Source: Neophaeotheca triangularis (taxonomy: Eukaryota). From it: a stretch of 64,000 nt of DNA. Made by a program: the position numbers and the translations under genes. Shown piece after piece: positions 36,505 to 48,363 of the stretch. How positions within the stretch are numbered: position 1 is the first letter of the stretch; every line of letters begins with the position of its first letter. The notes beneath the pieces are model-generated. The model was given only the letters and a program-made list of their open reading frames with translations. It was not told the origin of the DNA and searched no databases. Location of the stretch: positions 124,001 through 188,000 of the forward strand of contig BAAIJX010000039.1 of assembly GCA_054600435.1 (NCBI GenBank), written 5' to 3'.

Positions 36505-38454
36505 GACTGGTGTTGGTCTCGTATGGTTGTTGGAAGGATGCGAGATGTGGATCTTGGGCAGAGTAGCTAACAAACGACGGAGAATTGATTTGCAGACCAG
36601 GCTGCAGCTAATATGGGTTGTAGAAAGCCACTGGACAGGAGAGGAGCGATGTGGAAGTAATTAGGAAATCTGTTCTGGCAGTCACCTGACCCTTCAGAGG
36701 ACGGCCGGCATTATATCTTCTTCTCTCAACATCGACCCAATTGACCAAATTTAGTACTCGATATCTGCGTTTGAAAAGCCGCTTTGGGAACAAGCCACCT
36801 CATCGATTGGAACAGTCAATACCATGAAATAGCCTCGAAGCCATGGTCTCCTCAAGTCCAACCAGCCTGGAAGCTTGCTAGGAGCCTTGGCCGGTGAAGA
36901 GAAAACAACGAAGCCAATCGCTAATGTTGAGCGCTATCTAGCGACCTGTGCTGCAGTAAGGTAGTGAGGGAGATGGCTCAGAGCAGTACTCTGCATAATT
37001 GACGACGTGGCAAACGGGTTCCATTATGGCTAGGCGAGAAGATTTTCACCATGGCTCCGAGGTTTACATCTGATTACAGCGTCGCTAGGTCAGAGCCCCA
37101 TAGGTAACGCGTGACCGCTGTAAACTCCGGCATTAGCATAAGGTCCGTCATATCGTCTTTGAGAACCAAGATAGGTATGCGGTGTGGTAGTAGTAGTAGG
37201 TGCCTATACGCGAACGGCTTTGATGAGAACCCGGCGCTTAAGCAAGCAGAAGCACGGCACTGCTTTTCCCGCTCTACCTCCAAGCACTACAAGGGCTGCG
37301 CGAGAATAGTGAATGTATCTTGTACTCCTGGAAGAGAAAATCGGACATTGCCAATTGATAGCCCTTCGTTCTTGCCTGGGTAATGTGCTTAGACACATCA
37401 GGTTCTCAGATTACATTTCTTGTACATGCCATGAGACTGCTGCGAGGCCTGATGATTCCTTGATCTCCACGAAACCCAGTTTGCGATGTGACAACCGGGG
37501 TAGATGCACAAGGGAACCTTGGGATGCCGTCGAGATAGGAGGCTCGATGGACAGACATTGGAGGACTGCATGCCGGGCTTGAAAGAGTATTGTCGGTCAT
37601 GTAGATGAAGATTGGATGTTAAGCCCACGTACGGTGTACCTCCTATGGCGGGTCGACGAATGATCTTAGGGTCTTGCTGGAGGTGACGTGTTGGAATATG
37701 ACACTTGAAACGTATGGAGCAGGTAAGGTACATGGTATGTATCGTGTTGACGATTGGGGGGGAGGGTGAAGCTCCTTTAAGCATGATTGACTTGCGCCGA
37801 GCCAAAGTTTATCCTCTTCAGACTTCTTCAGGGCGTAGAGTGGAGATTAAGGTACCGCCCTGACAGCAAGAAAAAGAAACATCAACCCCATTCGCAATAG
37901 TAGCTACATGGAGGTAGATAATGAATGACAGCAAGTATCATGACTGTTTGTCTCGCCGCCAACAACAAAAGTGACCAAGTAGGTAACTGATTATTATTAC
38001 TGTGCGGTCTGTAATAAGGAGATAATAATAAGATTACAGTACCACGACCGTTTGAAGGCGGTCAAGTGGGGCCAGCAACGTTATACACCTCACTACTCAC
38101 CTAAGTTACTAAGGTAGTCGGGTATTACCTTAGTTAAGGTCGGGTAAATTAAACAAGGCGAACCTCCTGGCGACTCCGCGCTTGTGATGCATGCGACACA
38201 CCCACCCACCACCCACCCCCTTTCCCCCCTTATCCTGCACCCAGCAGCCCATCACCCTATCACCCTACCACCCTATCACCCTATCATCAGCCCTGGAGGC
38301 GCTGCCTCACTAACTTACTACTGGCCCTCCTCCCTGCACCCGACACGGTACATCTCGCAAACGCGGGTCGCCGTCATCCATTCATTCATTCGTTCAACTC
38401 ACATTCACCTGCACTCATTCTTGTTTCTGCCTCCTGCTGTCTCCTGCCTTCTGC

Positions 38455-38456
<2 letters not shown>

Positions 38457-38486
<30 letters not shown>
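38457..38486. repeat. (TG)15 microsatellite
   Basis: Perfect dinucleotide tract upstream of MSB1. Confidence 0.95.
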
Positions 38487-38488
<2 letters not shown>

Positions 38489-38842
38489 GATCATAGTCAT
38501 TCATTCCTTTTATCTAATCGAGCTTTGTCCTTCTATTGTCATCAACGACCCGCACGTCTTGCCCAAGAGAAGGGGTGTAATAACACGACCACGGTATAAC
38601 CCTGACAATAGACACGACGAGGCTGTTCAACGCGACTTGACGCGCCCCAAGTACTGTACTTCTAGTCAATGTCGTAGAGTTGACTTAGTTGTTACATGTC
38701 AAGCGCCTCCAAGCTCATGCAACTTTTTGCCCCCGAACTGCGACTTCCCGGCCTTCTTTGAGTGCACTTTCCGTCGATCCGACCCAGCACTTCTTACATG
38801 GATGCCACGCCGTACATATCCACCACCTGATCCAATCCGAAG

Positions 38843-41800
38843 ATGCCCTTCTTTTCAAAGTTTAAGAGCAAGGGCTCGCAGCCAGCAAAGGTCAAGGGAC
38901 ATACTCAGCGAGTTGAGGACAAGGTCCCTACCGAAACACAGCCAGTCCAGCCCAAATGGCAGACGTCATGGGCGAGCAAGGAGGTCGTGCCAGACGAGGT
39001 GGAGGAGCTTGTGCATGCTTGTACCGCTGAGATGAAGCTGCGAGGTACGTGGATATCATGTCGAACTCAAGGACGCGATGGGGTGATAGACACATCTACT
39101 GACTTAGGAACAGCCGAAGCACTCAATTCACCCTTCTTACTGCTGCCCTTCCGGCCGGACTCCGATCCTAGCTCAGCGCGCTCCTTCATCACCAACTTCT
39201 TCAAACACAATGCCGAGGGATCACATCAGTATCGAGGGCAGGGATTACAACAAGAGCTGCGGCTCGCCGAGCCCGTCGCTCTATGCAGCATCATGAAATG
39301 GTGCTGGAGCAGGATGCCGAGAGGCGTGGTGACATGGCAGGTCTACGAAGGCTTCAAGATTGGAGAGCAGGAGTCGCACAAAGCGCGCAATGCTTTCCAC
39401 ACTTTTGTGCCGATGACTGCTGGTTCGGAGGCTCGCACGAACATCATCTATGACTTTTTCGATCTTTTGGCGGCTGTTGCGGCTCACGGCAAAATGAACG
39501 GATTGGGAGGTCGCAAGCTGTCCAGGCTAGCGGGATGGTGGGCGTTTGCGCATTTCGATGATGGTAATGGATTCGAGGGAGGCTACAAGCAGTGGCTGCT
39601 GGCCGCTGACGCTTCAAGCCATCTGTTCTTCGCCTACCTGCGCTCACTATCACCCGAGGCGGACCCCAGCATGAGCGTAATCGAGCGTATACCGAGATCT
39701 TTGCAGGCTCTGCTGGCGCAGACAGAGTATCCTCCAGCGGCTCCTGCGCTGCTACAGCGAACAACACCGAGAGTGGTCATGCTTGTCGACAGCGTCTCGC
39801 CCACACCATTTGCTCTGCTTAGGCGCGCTAAGCATTTCGAGTACGGCGAAGATGACCGCGTGCTGAGAGAGCTGTCCGAGTTCGAGGACCCAGTGGACGC
39901 CTTGACCGACGAGTGCAAGCGCGTGCTGGTGGCAATTTCTTCCGTTAATACCAAGACTGCCTTGTCACGTCAGGGAAATCTCCAGACTGATGAGTCTTGG
40001 TCCACGTTCCAGAGTCTAGGCTTCTCCGATATGACCGGGAACACTGCCAAAGAGCAGCAAGATAGCACCCTCAACGGTTCCCCGAAGCAGTCCGGGCAAG
40101 GACTAAGATCAGCACCTCGCTCTAGAGCTACCGACGACCATGGACGACCTACCACTCCGTCCTGGGCGGACTTCTTGTCCTCCGGATTTCCCGAAGATGA
40201 GTCGCCAAATTCCCCGCCGCCAACCTTACCGTTACCGCCAGACAAGCAGCTGCCTCCTATTGGAAGTAGAACCCAGACTCCAAACACGCCCCAGAACGGA
40301 ATCGATGAAAACTTGGCTCCAGGCGAGTTGGCAGCGGTTACAAGTGTTGAGCTCGACGACGCTTTCTGGTGGGTGTGGATGACAAGTCTCGCGAGCGAAG
40401 AACACAACGACAATAAGGCGGTCTTTGGGCGCTGCGCTCTGATCGAGACGACCATCATGAACGGTAAATGGCTGATCATGGAGGAGCAGATCAAGGGCGC
40501 TTCGCCAGAGCCAGCCGAGAATGTGCAGTTCGTTGAGAAGAAGAGTCGGTTTGGCTTTACGAAAAGAGGGAGGCTTGGCCGTAAGCGCTCAGTGGTCAAG
40601 AAGCCTTCGCCACCGCCGCAGGAGGCGGCTGATCGCAGCACTTCCGACGACACGACCAGCAAAGCGAGCCTTGGAGCAGACCAACATGCCAAGATCAAGG
40701 CCGCAGCCGCGGAATTGGCTAGTAGGGAGACCATGGCCGACACGGAGGGTGCGACTAGGCGAGGCAGACACGAGGACGCATACTCGACAAAGACCAACAG
40801 TGTGCTTACCATGGGAATGAAGAACGAAGCCGACCCCGCTATGAAATGGGCACATGCCTACGACAAGGATGCTATTAGGAAGCAGTATCTCGGAGACAAT
40901 TTCGCGGGTCGTGGGATGAGCAGAGGTTTGTTAGCCTCGAAGACCAGCTCAATGGTTTCTAGAGGCGATGCAAGCAGTGTTGGTCCGTTGTCGCCAATGT
41001 CTCAGCCAGCTGTTTCCGCGCATCCGAAAGAGCCCGCACAAGAGAGGGACCTACCAGCCTTACCATCTCAAGAAGCGCAAGCGGCCGAGGGCATGCCAGA
41101 CGTCCCTCCAAAGAACGAACCACAAAGCCCTTTGCCTGCTCCTTTGCCACCTCAAGCTCCGGAAGTGCAATTGTATGGAGCGGAGGAGGAAGGAGCGCAA
41201 CACCAGGCTGAAGAACAGCCGCTTCCTGAAACTACGGCAGCAGCGGAGGCGACAAATCCGTTGGACAAAGAGACGGCACCCGAAGAAATCCCATCATCTC
41301 CCAGCGGAAACAAGGTCGAGCGAAAACCAGTTCCAGTCCCACGCACGAACAACATACAAGATCATCCAGCCTTCCGCCAACAAAGTGTGGACGAGACCCC
41401 TGTTAGCCCAACGACCACTCACACTCCAGCTGCTATTGCTGCGCAACATGCTATGTCGTCAAGCCCGGAGTCACAGAAGCCGCACCTGAAGCCGAAAAAA
41501 GCTACTGGCGGCGGAGGATTCAAGAAGCTATTCGGCCGTAAGAAGGAGAACAGCAAGAGGAATTCGTTTGACATGGGAGCGCATGGCAACAGCAGCCTAT
41601 CGCCTCCATCCGATGGAAGTCTTGGCAGACGGCTGTCAATCATGCGCAAGAAAACGGACAAGTTCCAATCTCAGCACCAAGCAGCTGCAGGAGTGCCAGC
41701 TCAGCCAGCTCCTGAGACTTTGGCGGGACCCTCGGAGCCTGTGGCCCCTTCATCTCCTCCCGACTATGAGCCGATAGCATCACGCGTCGAGTCTCAGGAC

Positions 41801-42418
41801 AGAGAAGATGCCGAACACGCTTTCTCACGCTTCGATCAGGGACCAATGCCAGACATGCCCGCAGCCGCCCCGCGTGACTCTACAGACGACGGGGGCTCCC
41901 TTGCCGAGGACGAAGCGGAAGAAGCACCTTCTCGGGCCCAATTCAACACTTCCACTGCCGCCCGTATCGCTCCTCAGCAGCCACAGAAACAATCTTACCG
42001 TCAGGATACTGCTGATGCGTCCCCGGAGTTCGCCACCCCAATGGAGCGAGGCGACCCAATCACCAACGACGCGGACTCGGAGTCGTCCATCGACCCGCCA
42101 CAAGTCGCGACTGGTGGTGCGCCAGGCCGCCCTTCGCAGGACAGATGGGCGCAAATCCGCGAGAATGCGGCCAAACGTGCGGCGAGGGCGAGCGAGGAAC
42201 AAAGCATGCAGAGTCGACCTAGCGCTAGCCAGAGGACAGAGGATGGAGAGACCAGTGGCGAGGAGAGTGAGTACTTGCATCATCTAATAGTGCGAAACCA
42301 GGTATGGAGAGAGGATGCTGACGTTTGTTCCGCAGCCATTGAATCCCGTGTCGCTCGCATCAAGGCTAGAGTCGCCGAGCTCACCGGTGCTCCCGAGGGA
42401 CCTGCCAGCGGACGCTGA
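38843..42418 (+). CDS. MSB1: Morphogenesis protein Msb1/Mug8 family (RhoGAP-like DUF1708 domain)
   Basis: PFLLLPFRP, KWCWSRMPRGVVTW, KMNGLGGRKLSRLAGWWAF, DDAFWWVWMTSLASEE and C-terminal IESRVARIKARVAELT. Introns 39045-39113 and 42267-42335. Confidence 0.88.
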   Translation: MPFFSKFKSKGSQPAKVKGHTQRVEDKVPTETQPVQPKWQTSWASKEVVPDEVEELVHACTAEMKLRGTWISCRTQGRDGVIDTSTDLGTAEALNSPFLLLPFRPDSDPSSARSFITNFFKHNAEGSHQYRGQGLQQELRLAEPVALCSIMKWCWSRMPRGVVTWQVYEGFKIGEQESHKARNAFHTFVPMTAGSEARTNIIYDFFDLLAAVAAHGKMNGLGGRKLSRLAGWWAFAHFDDGNGFEGGYKQWLLAADASSHLFFAYLRSLSPEADPSMSVIERIPRSLQALLAQTEYPPAAPALLQRTTPRVVMLVDSVSPTPFALLRRAKHFEYGEDDRVLRELSEFEDPVDALTDECKRVLVAISSVNTKTALSRQGNLQTDESWSTFQSLGFSDMTGNTAKEQQDSTLNGSPKQSGQGLRSAPRSRATDDHGRPTTPSWADFLSSGFPEDESPNSPPPTLPLPPDKQLPPIGSRTQTPNTPQNGIDENLAPGELAAVTSVELDDAFWWVWMTSLASEEHNDNKAVFGRCALIETTIMNGKWLIMEEQIKGASPEPAENVQFVEKKSRFGFTKRGRLGRKRSVVKKPSPPPQEAADRSTSDDTTSKASLGADQHAKIKAAAAELASRETMADTEGATRRGRHEDAYSTKTNSVLTMGMKNEADPAMKWAHAYDKDAIRKQYLGDNFAGRGMSRGLLASKTSSMVSRGDASSVGPLSPMSQPAVSAHPKEPAQERDLPALPSQEAQAAEGMPDVPPKNEPQSPLPAPLPPQAPEVQLYGAEEEGAQHQAEEQPLPETTAAAEATNPLDKETAPEEIPSSPSGNKVERKPVPVPRTNNIQDHPAFRQQSVDETPVSPTTTHTPAAIAAQHAMSSSPESQKPHLKPKKATGGGGFKKLFGRKKENSKRNSFDMGAHGNSSLSPPSDGSLGRRLSIMRKKTDKFQSQHQAAAGVPAQPAPETLAGPSEPVAPSSPPDYEPIASRVESQDREDAEHAFSRFDQGPMPDMPAAAPRDSTDDGGSLAEDEAEEAPSRAQFNTSTAARIAPQQPQKQSYRQDTADASPEFATPMERGDPITNDADSESSIDPPQVATGGAPGRPSQDRWAQIRENAAKRAARASEEQSMQSRPSASQRTEDGETSGEESEYLHHLIVRNQVWREDADVCSAAIESRVARIKARVAELTGAPEGPASGR

Positions 42419-43772
42419 GAACGACGAACCCAGACAACTTTGCCCACAGGACCAGCGAAGGAGACCACTCAGCCAAACCTCAATTTTCCTCTAATCTCAT
42501 TTACCTCCAACCCGCCTGTGTGTCTAATACCCACGCCCGAATTCCTCAGCTCGCAACACGCAGAGGGGTTCCCCTCAAAACTTTTACTCGCGCGATTCTA
42601 AGACCCCCTTGCGATGTGATGCGATGCAATTGCGAGTTCTCACTTGACCTTACTTTACACCAGATGATACCAGCCTAGCGTTTTTTCTTTTATCTTCTTT
42701 TCCGAGTTGCTCTTCTCTTGCTCGTTGCTGCTTTTCCTGATACCACCCTGATTCTTACATGGAAGGGGTTTGATATTTACGGGAAGCTAGGGGAAACGGC
42801 GGGAGGCGTTTGTGTCTTTGTTTGCGAGGGGATGGCATGGGGATTGTACTTAATTACGCTGGAAGGGGGAAATGGGCTGTAGTAGTGGTAATTGTCTTGC
42901 TGATTCGAGTGACCTGTCCAGTCTTTACATCTCTTGTTGCGGTGGTGTTGCAAATACCGCGCCATTGACTGGGGATGGGATGTATTGCTCGTTGCCATGT
43001 ATTCGTAGTGAGCGTAAGGTATGGGTAGTAGCAGATTCATGTACACAGTAGTGCAGTACAGCTGCCCAGGTGGTCGGACTGGGACCGCTCTCAAACCTGA
43101 GTCAGCACCAGCCAGACCCCAGCCAGATTAAGTAAGGTTGCCTTAGGTTTCCATTCGAGCTTGCTGCTTGCTTGCCTCAAGGTTGCCCTGCCCTGCCTTT
43201 GCCTTGTAATAAGTTGTGGCTGTCGAGGCTGTTTCATCCTAAAATAACATCTTCTTCACCTTTACCTGACTGCACACACCACTCCAAACCCTACTACTAC
43301 CACTACCACTACCACTACTATTCCCACCGCAGCTCCACGCGACTTGAGCTGCCTCATAGCGCGCGCGCGCGATTCTTTATTTCGTCATTTTGCACGATAC
43401 CTTCGATTACTATCGTCGCGCGCTCTCTCTCTCTCTCTCTCTTCGCACCGTCGTCCATCCATACCGTACAGACCTGTTTCATAACCCAACCCAACCTCTA
43501 ACCCTCGCACTGGTTGTCCTCTCGCGCTCGGGGCTTCGCTTGTCCGCACGCACTGCTTGCTTGCCTCAACCGCTCGCCTGAGCTGGCGCGCGTTTTTTCC
43601 ACGCTGGCCTCGAACACGTGCACGCGCACGTTGTTTATCGATCGCTTTTCCACTACCGGCATACGCGCGACGACACGGAACGGGAAGAAAGGAACCCAGC
43701 GCCGTCACTGCCTCGGCCTTTAGAACCAAGGCGCGTGCGGCTGGGCGATAAGCTCGCTGGAGCGACTTCATC

Positions 43773-46003
43773 ATGGGTCGACGCAAGATCGAGGTATGCT
43801 TACACTCGCGAGAGTCGTTTTGGGGATGTTGACAGTGTACTGACGAGTTTGCGCGCAATTGCAGATCAAGCCCATACCCGATGAGCGCAACCGCTCCGTC
43901 ACCTTTCTCAAGCGCAAGGGCGGGCTCTTCAAGAAGGCGCATGAGCTGTCGGTGCTGTGTTCGGTCGATGTGGCTGTCATTATCTTTGGGCATAATAAGA
44001 AATTGTATGAGTACTCGAGTGGGGATATTAATGAGACGGTTGGGCGGTTTCAATATGTAGGTTTGGTCGACAAGTGACGAGGGAATTGGGATTGGATGGA
44101 ATTGCTGACGGTGTTTATACAGTATGGCAGCGCGCACGAACACAAGGGACCGGCGGACTTTGCTGACAAGGGTGGAGGCGACGGAGATGATGACGATGAG
44201 GATGGAGCCGCGGGTGATGAAGGAGGTGATCAGAGGGCGACGCCTGAGAGACCCATGATGCAACCGCAGATGCAACATCATCCTGGTTTTCAGCATGTCA
44301 GACAACATACGCCCGGCGCGCAGAACTCACCGCCGATGCCGAATGGAGGGATGCCGCAATTTCAGCGAGGACCGTCGCCGCTGCCGCCGGGACATCCGCT
44401 GTCGAGGCCTTCGTCACGCGCTTCACAGCATCAGACTCAGCCGCAGCATCTCAGACGGACGAGCTCGAACTTGGTGCCGCAGCAACATGCGCAGAACCAG
44501 GGTCCCCCTCCCCAGCCGAACTATGCTTACACGCCTAATCCGCCCTTTTACAACCCGCAACAAGCTGCTGCCGCAGCGCAGATGCAACAACGTCCCTCGC
44601 AGCCTGGCCAGCCGATGCCAGCTGCCACGTACCCTCCTACCTATGCGCAACAGCATCCGCAGCATCCACAACAGGGTCCCACACCCCAGCAAATACAGCA
44701 GGCGTACATGCAGGACAGCAGACGGCAATCCATGCCACCAGCCTTTCCACCGCAGCCTGGTCCACCTCAAGCGCCAATGTCGAGACATCCTTCTCAAGAC
44801 CACTTACAGCCGCCGCAACAAGGTCATCATACGCCGCAGCAACATCCACGACCCATGCCGTCGCCTCAACCGCCGCAACAAGAGTTTCCAAAGCAGGAAT
44901 TTACCAGCCCCCAAATGCCTCAACCCAAGCCTCTTCCAGCTCATGCTAAAAACCACAGTATCTTCACGCCGATAGACGACAGCAGATCACTCTTGGCGCA
45001 GCACTGGGGATCTACAGGTAACGCAGAGCCGCCGCGCTCCGAAACCACGATCAAAACGGAGAACGAAGCTGGACCTCGACCGGCATCCATCGATGTAGCA
45101 GCCATGCAGCGACAGAAGAACGCCAACGGCGCCATGTCCTCACCACGTCAGCGACCCCCGCAACCGCCTTCCAGACCCCTGCCGAAATCCCCTCAACCGC
45201 CCCCGCGCGCCGCCAGTGTTACAGGCGCACCTACCCCTCCCACCCGCGCCGGCACCAACCAATCCGACGCCGCCAAGCGCCCCCGTCTCCGCGTCGCCAT
45301 CCCGAGTGAGCACTCCGGCGACGAAGGCGGCAATACCGGGAGTGCACCCGACGAAACCTCTACCTCGCAAACCGCCGCCACGACAGGTGGGGGAGGAGGC
45401 GGTTCCCTCTTCCAAACCACCAACTCCGGGCCCGGTGCACCCGCCCATGGCGTCGTACTCCCCCCACCCTCCCCCTCGCACGGCGCGCTCTTATCAGCAG
45501 GCGCCCAAGGCCCTCCGAACCCCTTCGCCCGGCCCCCACCCCCCATGTCCACAAATCCGCACGCCATGAACCGCGACAGCCCGGCGCAGCAACAATCCCA
45601 ACAACAATCCCAACAACAACAGCAACAACAACAACATCAATCGCAACAACAGCCCCAACACGCCCCAACCCAACAACTCCAAAACCAATCCCAAAACATC
45701 GAAACCCCCATTTCGGCACTCCCTTCGCGCTTCATGTCCGATAATTTGCTGCCCTCGCCAAGCACCTTTTACCCCGAATGGGGTTTCGGCCGGTCCGGGG
45801 GCGAGAGCGGGGTGAGTCTGCCTAGTCCGATGAATTTCCAGACGCCGGTGGTGGGGAATATGGCGCAAGGGTGGGGAAGGAGTGGTGGGACGGGTGGTGG
45901 GAATGGGAACGAGGAGGAGAGGGAGAGGGAGCGAGAGAGGAAGAGGGGGGCTGAGGAGGAAGCGGGAGATGGAGGGAGGGAGGGTAAGAGGGGGAGGTTG
46001 TGA
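43773..46003 (+). CDS. RLM1: MEF2-type MADS-box transcription factor
   Basis: [48 protein letters not shown]. Introns 43794-43864 and 44057-44122. P/Q-rich tail with [14 protein letters not shown] and [17 protein letters not shown]. Confidence 0.95.
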
Positions 46004-46616
46004 GGTGAGGTTGTGAGGTGTGGTTGTATGTGCTGGGTTGAATTGTTAGGAGGTGCGTTTGTTCGGTTTTTGTGGGGGGTCTAGCTATATACCATGGTTA
46101 TTTTTTTTTCTTTCGCTCAGCGAGATGGTGGATGTGCTCATGAGGGTGGGGTGCGTGATGCTGCTATGGACTGTTAAGGTAGATGGAATAAATATACAGA
46201 CATATCTGCAGTGTTAAGTAGTAGGCACCGCTAATGCTGGTATACGGAGGAGTGTTTTCTCATGTTGTAAGACAAAAGATTATTGAGTTCAGAGTAATGG
46301 CTAGAGTGTCTCGTTTTGCAAAAGGCCTTCAAACCATCACCCTCGCTTTTGAAAAGAAACCCAAGCCCCCTTCGACCCTAGCCACGTACGCCTCGAAAGA
46401 ACGCCTCGCTCACTTGCTCAGCCATCGCACTTGGAGGAGTTAAAGGCTCATTGGGAGAAAAGAAGTCGGCTCCCTTGAGACAGACCATCACCTCTTCGCA
46501 TCCGACAAACGAAACTCGAAGCCAGAGCATCAATAGCATGCACCCCCCGTCGTTTGTTAAAACCCTCCACTCTCCCATTACCCACGACAAACCCGACTCA
46601 CAGCTGTAGTTCCAAT

Positions 46617-47410
46617 CTAGAAGACCGAGCACCCAACAATCTTAACCTCCTGCACAGGCTTATCCCCCTGCCCGGTCCTGACGCTCCCCAACCTCTCGAC
46701 AACCTCCATGCCCTGCACGACGTGTCCGAAAACGGCATGCTTGCCATCCAAGTGCGGCGTGGGCGCCAGGGTGATGAAGAACTGCGAGCCGTTTGTGTTG
46801 GGGCCGGAATTGGCCATGGAGAGGGTTCCGGCGTCCGTGTGGCGCAGCGACGAGACGATTTCGTCTTTGAACGGTTTGCCCCACATGGATTGCCCGCCGC
46901 GGCCGGTGCCCGTCGGGTCGCCGCCTTGGATCATGAAGTCCGGGATGATGCGGTGGAAGGGGACGTTGTTGTATTTTCCCGTAGCCGCGAGAGTGGCAAA
47001 GTTGAGGCAAGTCTGTGGTGGGGGGTGGGGGGTTAGTGGGATCGTTCCTGTTAGACGGGGTTTTGTGGCGGCCATGGGGATAATTTCGTGACTGTTTCGC
47101 GCCGAGGTTTGCTGGCACAAGTGAAGGAGGGGCGGGCTGTTCTTGGCATGAGGGTGGATTGAGGACTTACGTTTGGGGTCTGGTCTTTGAAGAGAGCAAT
47201 GGTGATGTCGCCGACGGTGGTCTTCATGATGACGCCTTCAGCCTTGGAAGGGTCGACGTTGCTTTGGGATTGCTGGGTGCCGGAGACGGGGGGTTGACCG
47301 GTCTGAGGGGTGGGCTGCTGGGGCTGTTGGTATTGCTGCTGGGAGGGGGCGGAAGAAGACGAGTTGGAGGAATCGTCGTCCTTTTTGAAGATCTTCTTGA
47401 TCTTGTCCAT
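46617..47410 (-). CDS. Cyclophilin-type peptidyl-prolyl isomerase (PPIL1-like) with a Q/S-rich N-extension
   Basis: Exon 1 MDKIKKIFKK...GDITIALFKDQTPN, intron ~47015-47170, exon 2 TCLNF...FHRIIPDFMIQGGDPTGTGRGG...SMANSGPNTNGSQFFIT..LDGKHAVFG. Confidence 0.93.
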
Positions 47411-47737
47411 TGTGGTTGTAGGAGGAGTGTGGTGGTCGGGTCGAGTTGTGAAGGTTGATATGTTTCGGTGGTGAAGTGTGTGTGTGTGGGTGTGAGTGTG
47501 GGTGTGTGTATGAGTGTGTGTATGAGAATGTGAGAGTATGTGGTTGTGGGTTGGAAGGTCGAGGGTCAGCAAGTAAGGTGGTTCGAGTCGTGGAGCTCTA
47601 TTTGAATGTGTTTCCTTGTTTGGCAGGTACCGTACCTTAGCAAAGGCAGGGCAGCTTGGAGCCTGGAGGTAGAGAGCTGTACGTCATGAGGTCTAGACCA
47701 GGCACGTGAAGCTACCTCAGGTACCTAAAACCCTCCA

Positions 47738-47765
47738 CTACTAGTAGGTAGATACCTACTAGTAG
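47738..47765. repeat. Perfect 13-bp inverted repeat CTACTAGTAGGTA-ga-TACCTACTAGTAG
   Basis: The arms are exact reverse complements. It lies in the divergent cyclophilin/DUF1295 intergenic region. Confidence 0.85.
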
Positions 47766-48363
47766 ATCCTAGATCCTACCTAAGATGCTAGATAGGTAAA
47801 GAACGCTTATCGATACCACTACTTGACTGGCACGTTATTAGGTATTCAATAACTCTTCCATGGGCGAACGTACACTACGTCCGCTCAATCCCCGTCTCAC
47901 GGTACACGTACAGTGGACGGCTGTACAACGTCAATATTTCCATCGTCTTACTAATTACTATAACTACCTGTATGTTACTCGTACTAGTACCGGCGGGCCG
48001 TTTGAGATCGGGATCGACCGTTTGGGGCTGCACAAACAGTCGCGTCGATCCGATCTCGAGAGTCTCCATCTATGGAAAGTCGTGACGTAGGGCCAAAAGC
48101 AATCCATTCCATCACCATCTCATCCGCAGTAGGTTCAGAAGGCTTTAACGTTACGGTACCGCAGGACACGCGATATCAATGTTCGGCCGTATCCATTAGC
48201 CGTAATCCATCCACTGCGCCTCGAGGCCAAGGAACCGCCTCATCCCACATAACTAGACTCACATTCCCCCATCTCTCGGTTTTCCATCGTCAACAACCTC
48301 CTCTCGACTCTAAACCGCAACAACATCGTTGACTGAGCGTCTACGACGACCTAACCGCCCACC

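Noticed and set aside
38184..39035. 283-aa ORF upstream of and overlapping MSB1
   Set aside because: Translates microsatellite and low-complexity leader sequence (CVCVCV, HHPIT); not protein-like.
43239..43248. CTAAAATAAC as a possible Rlm1 autoregulatory site
   Set aside because: Does not fit CTA(W)4TAR spacing.
47015..47170. Possible stwintron in the long cyclophilin intron (internal CTAACAG)
   Set aside because: Excising an internal intron does not regenerate a valid donor; a single intron explains the frame.
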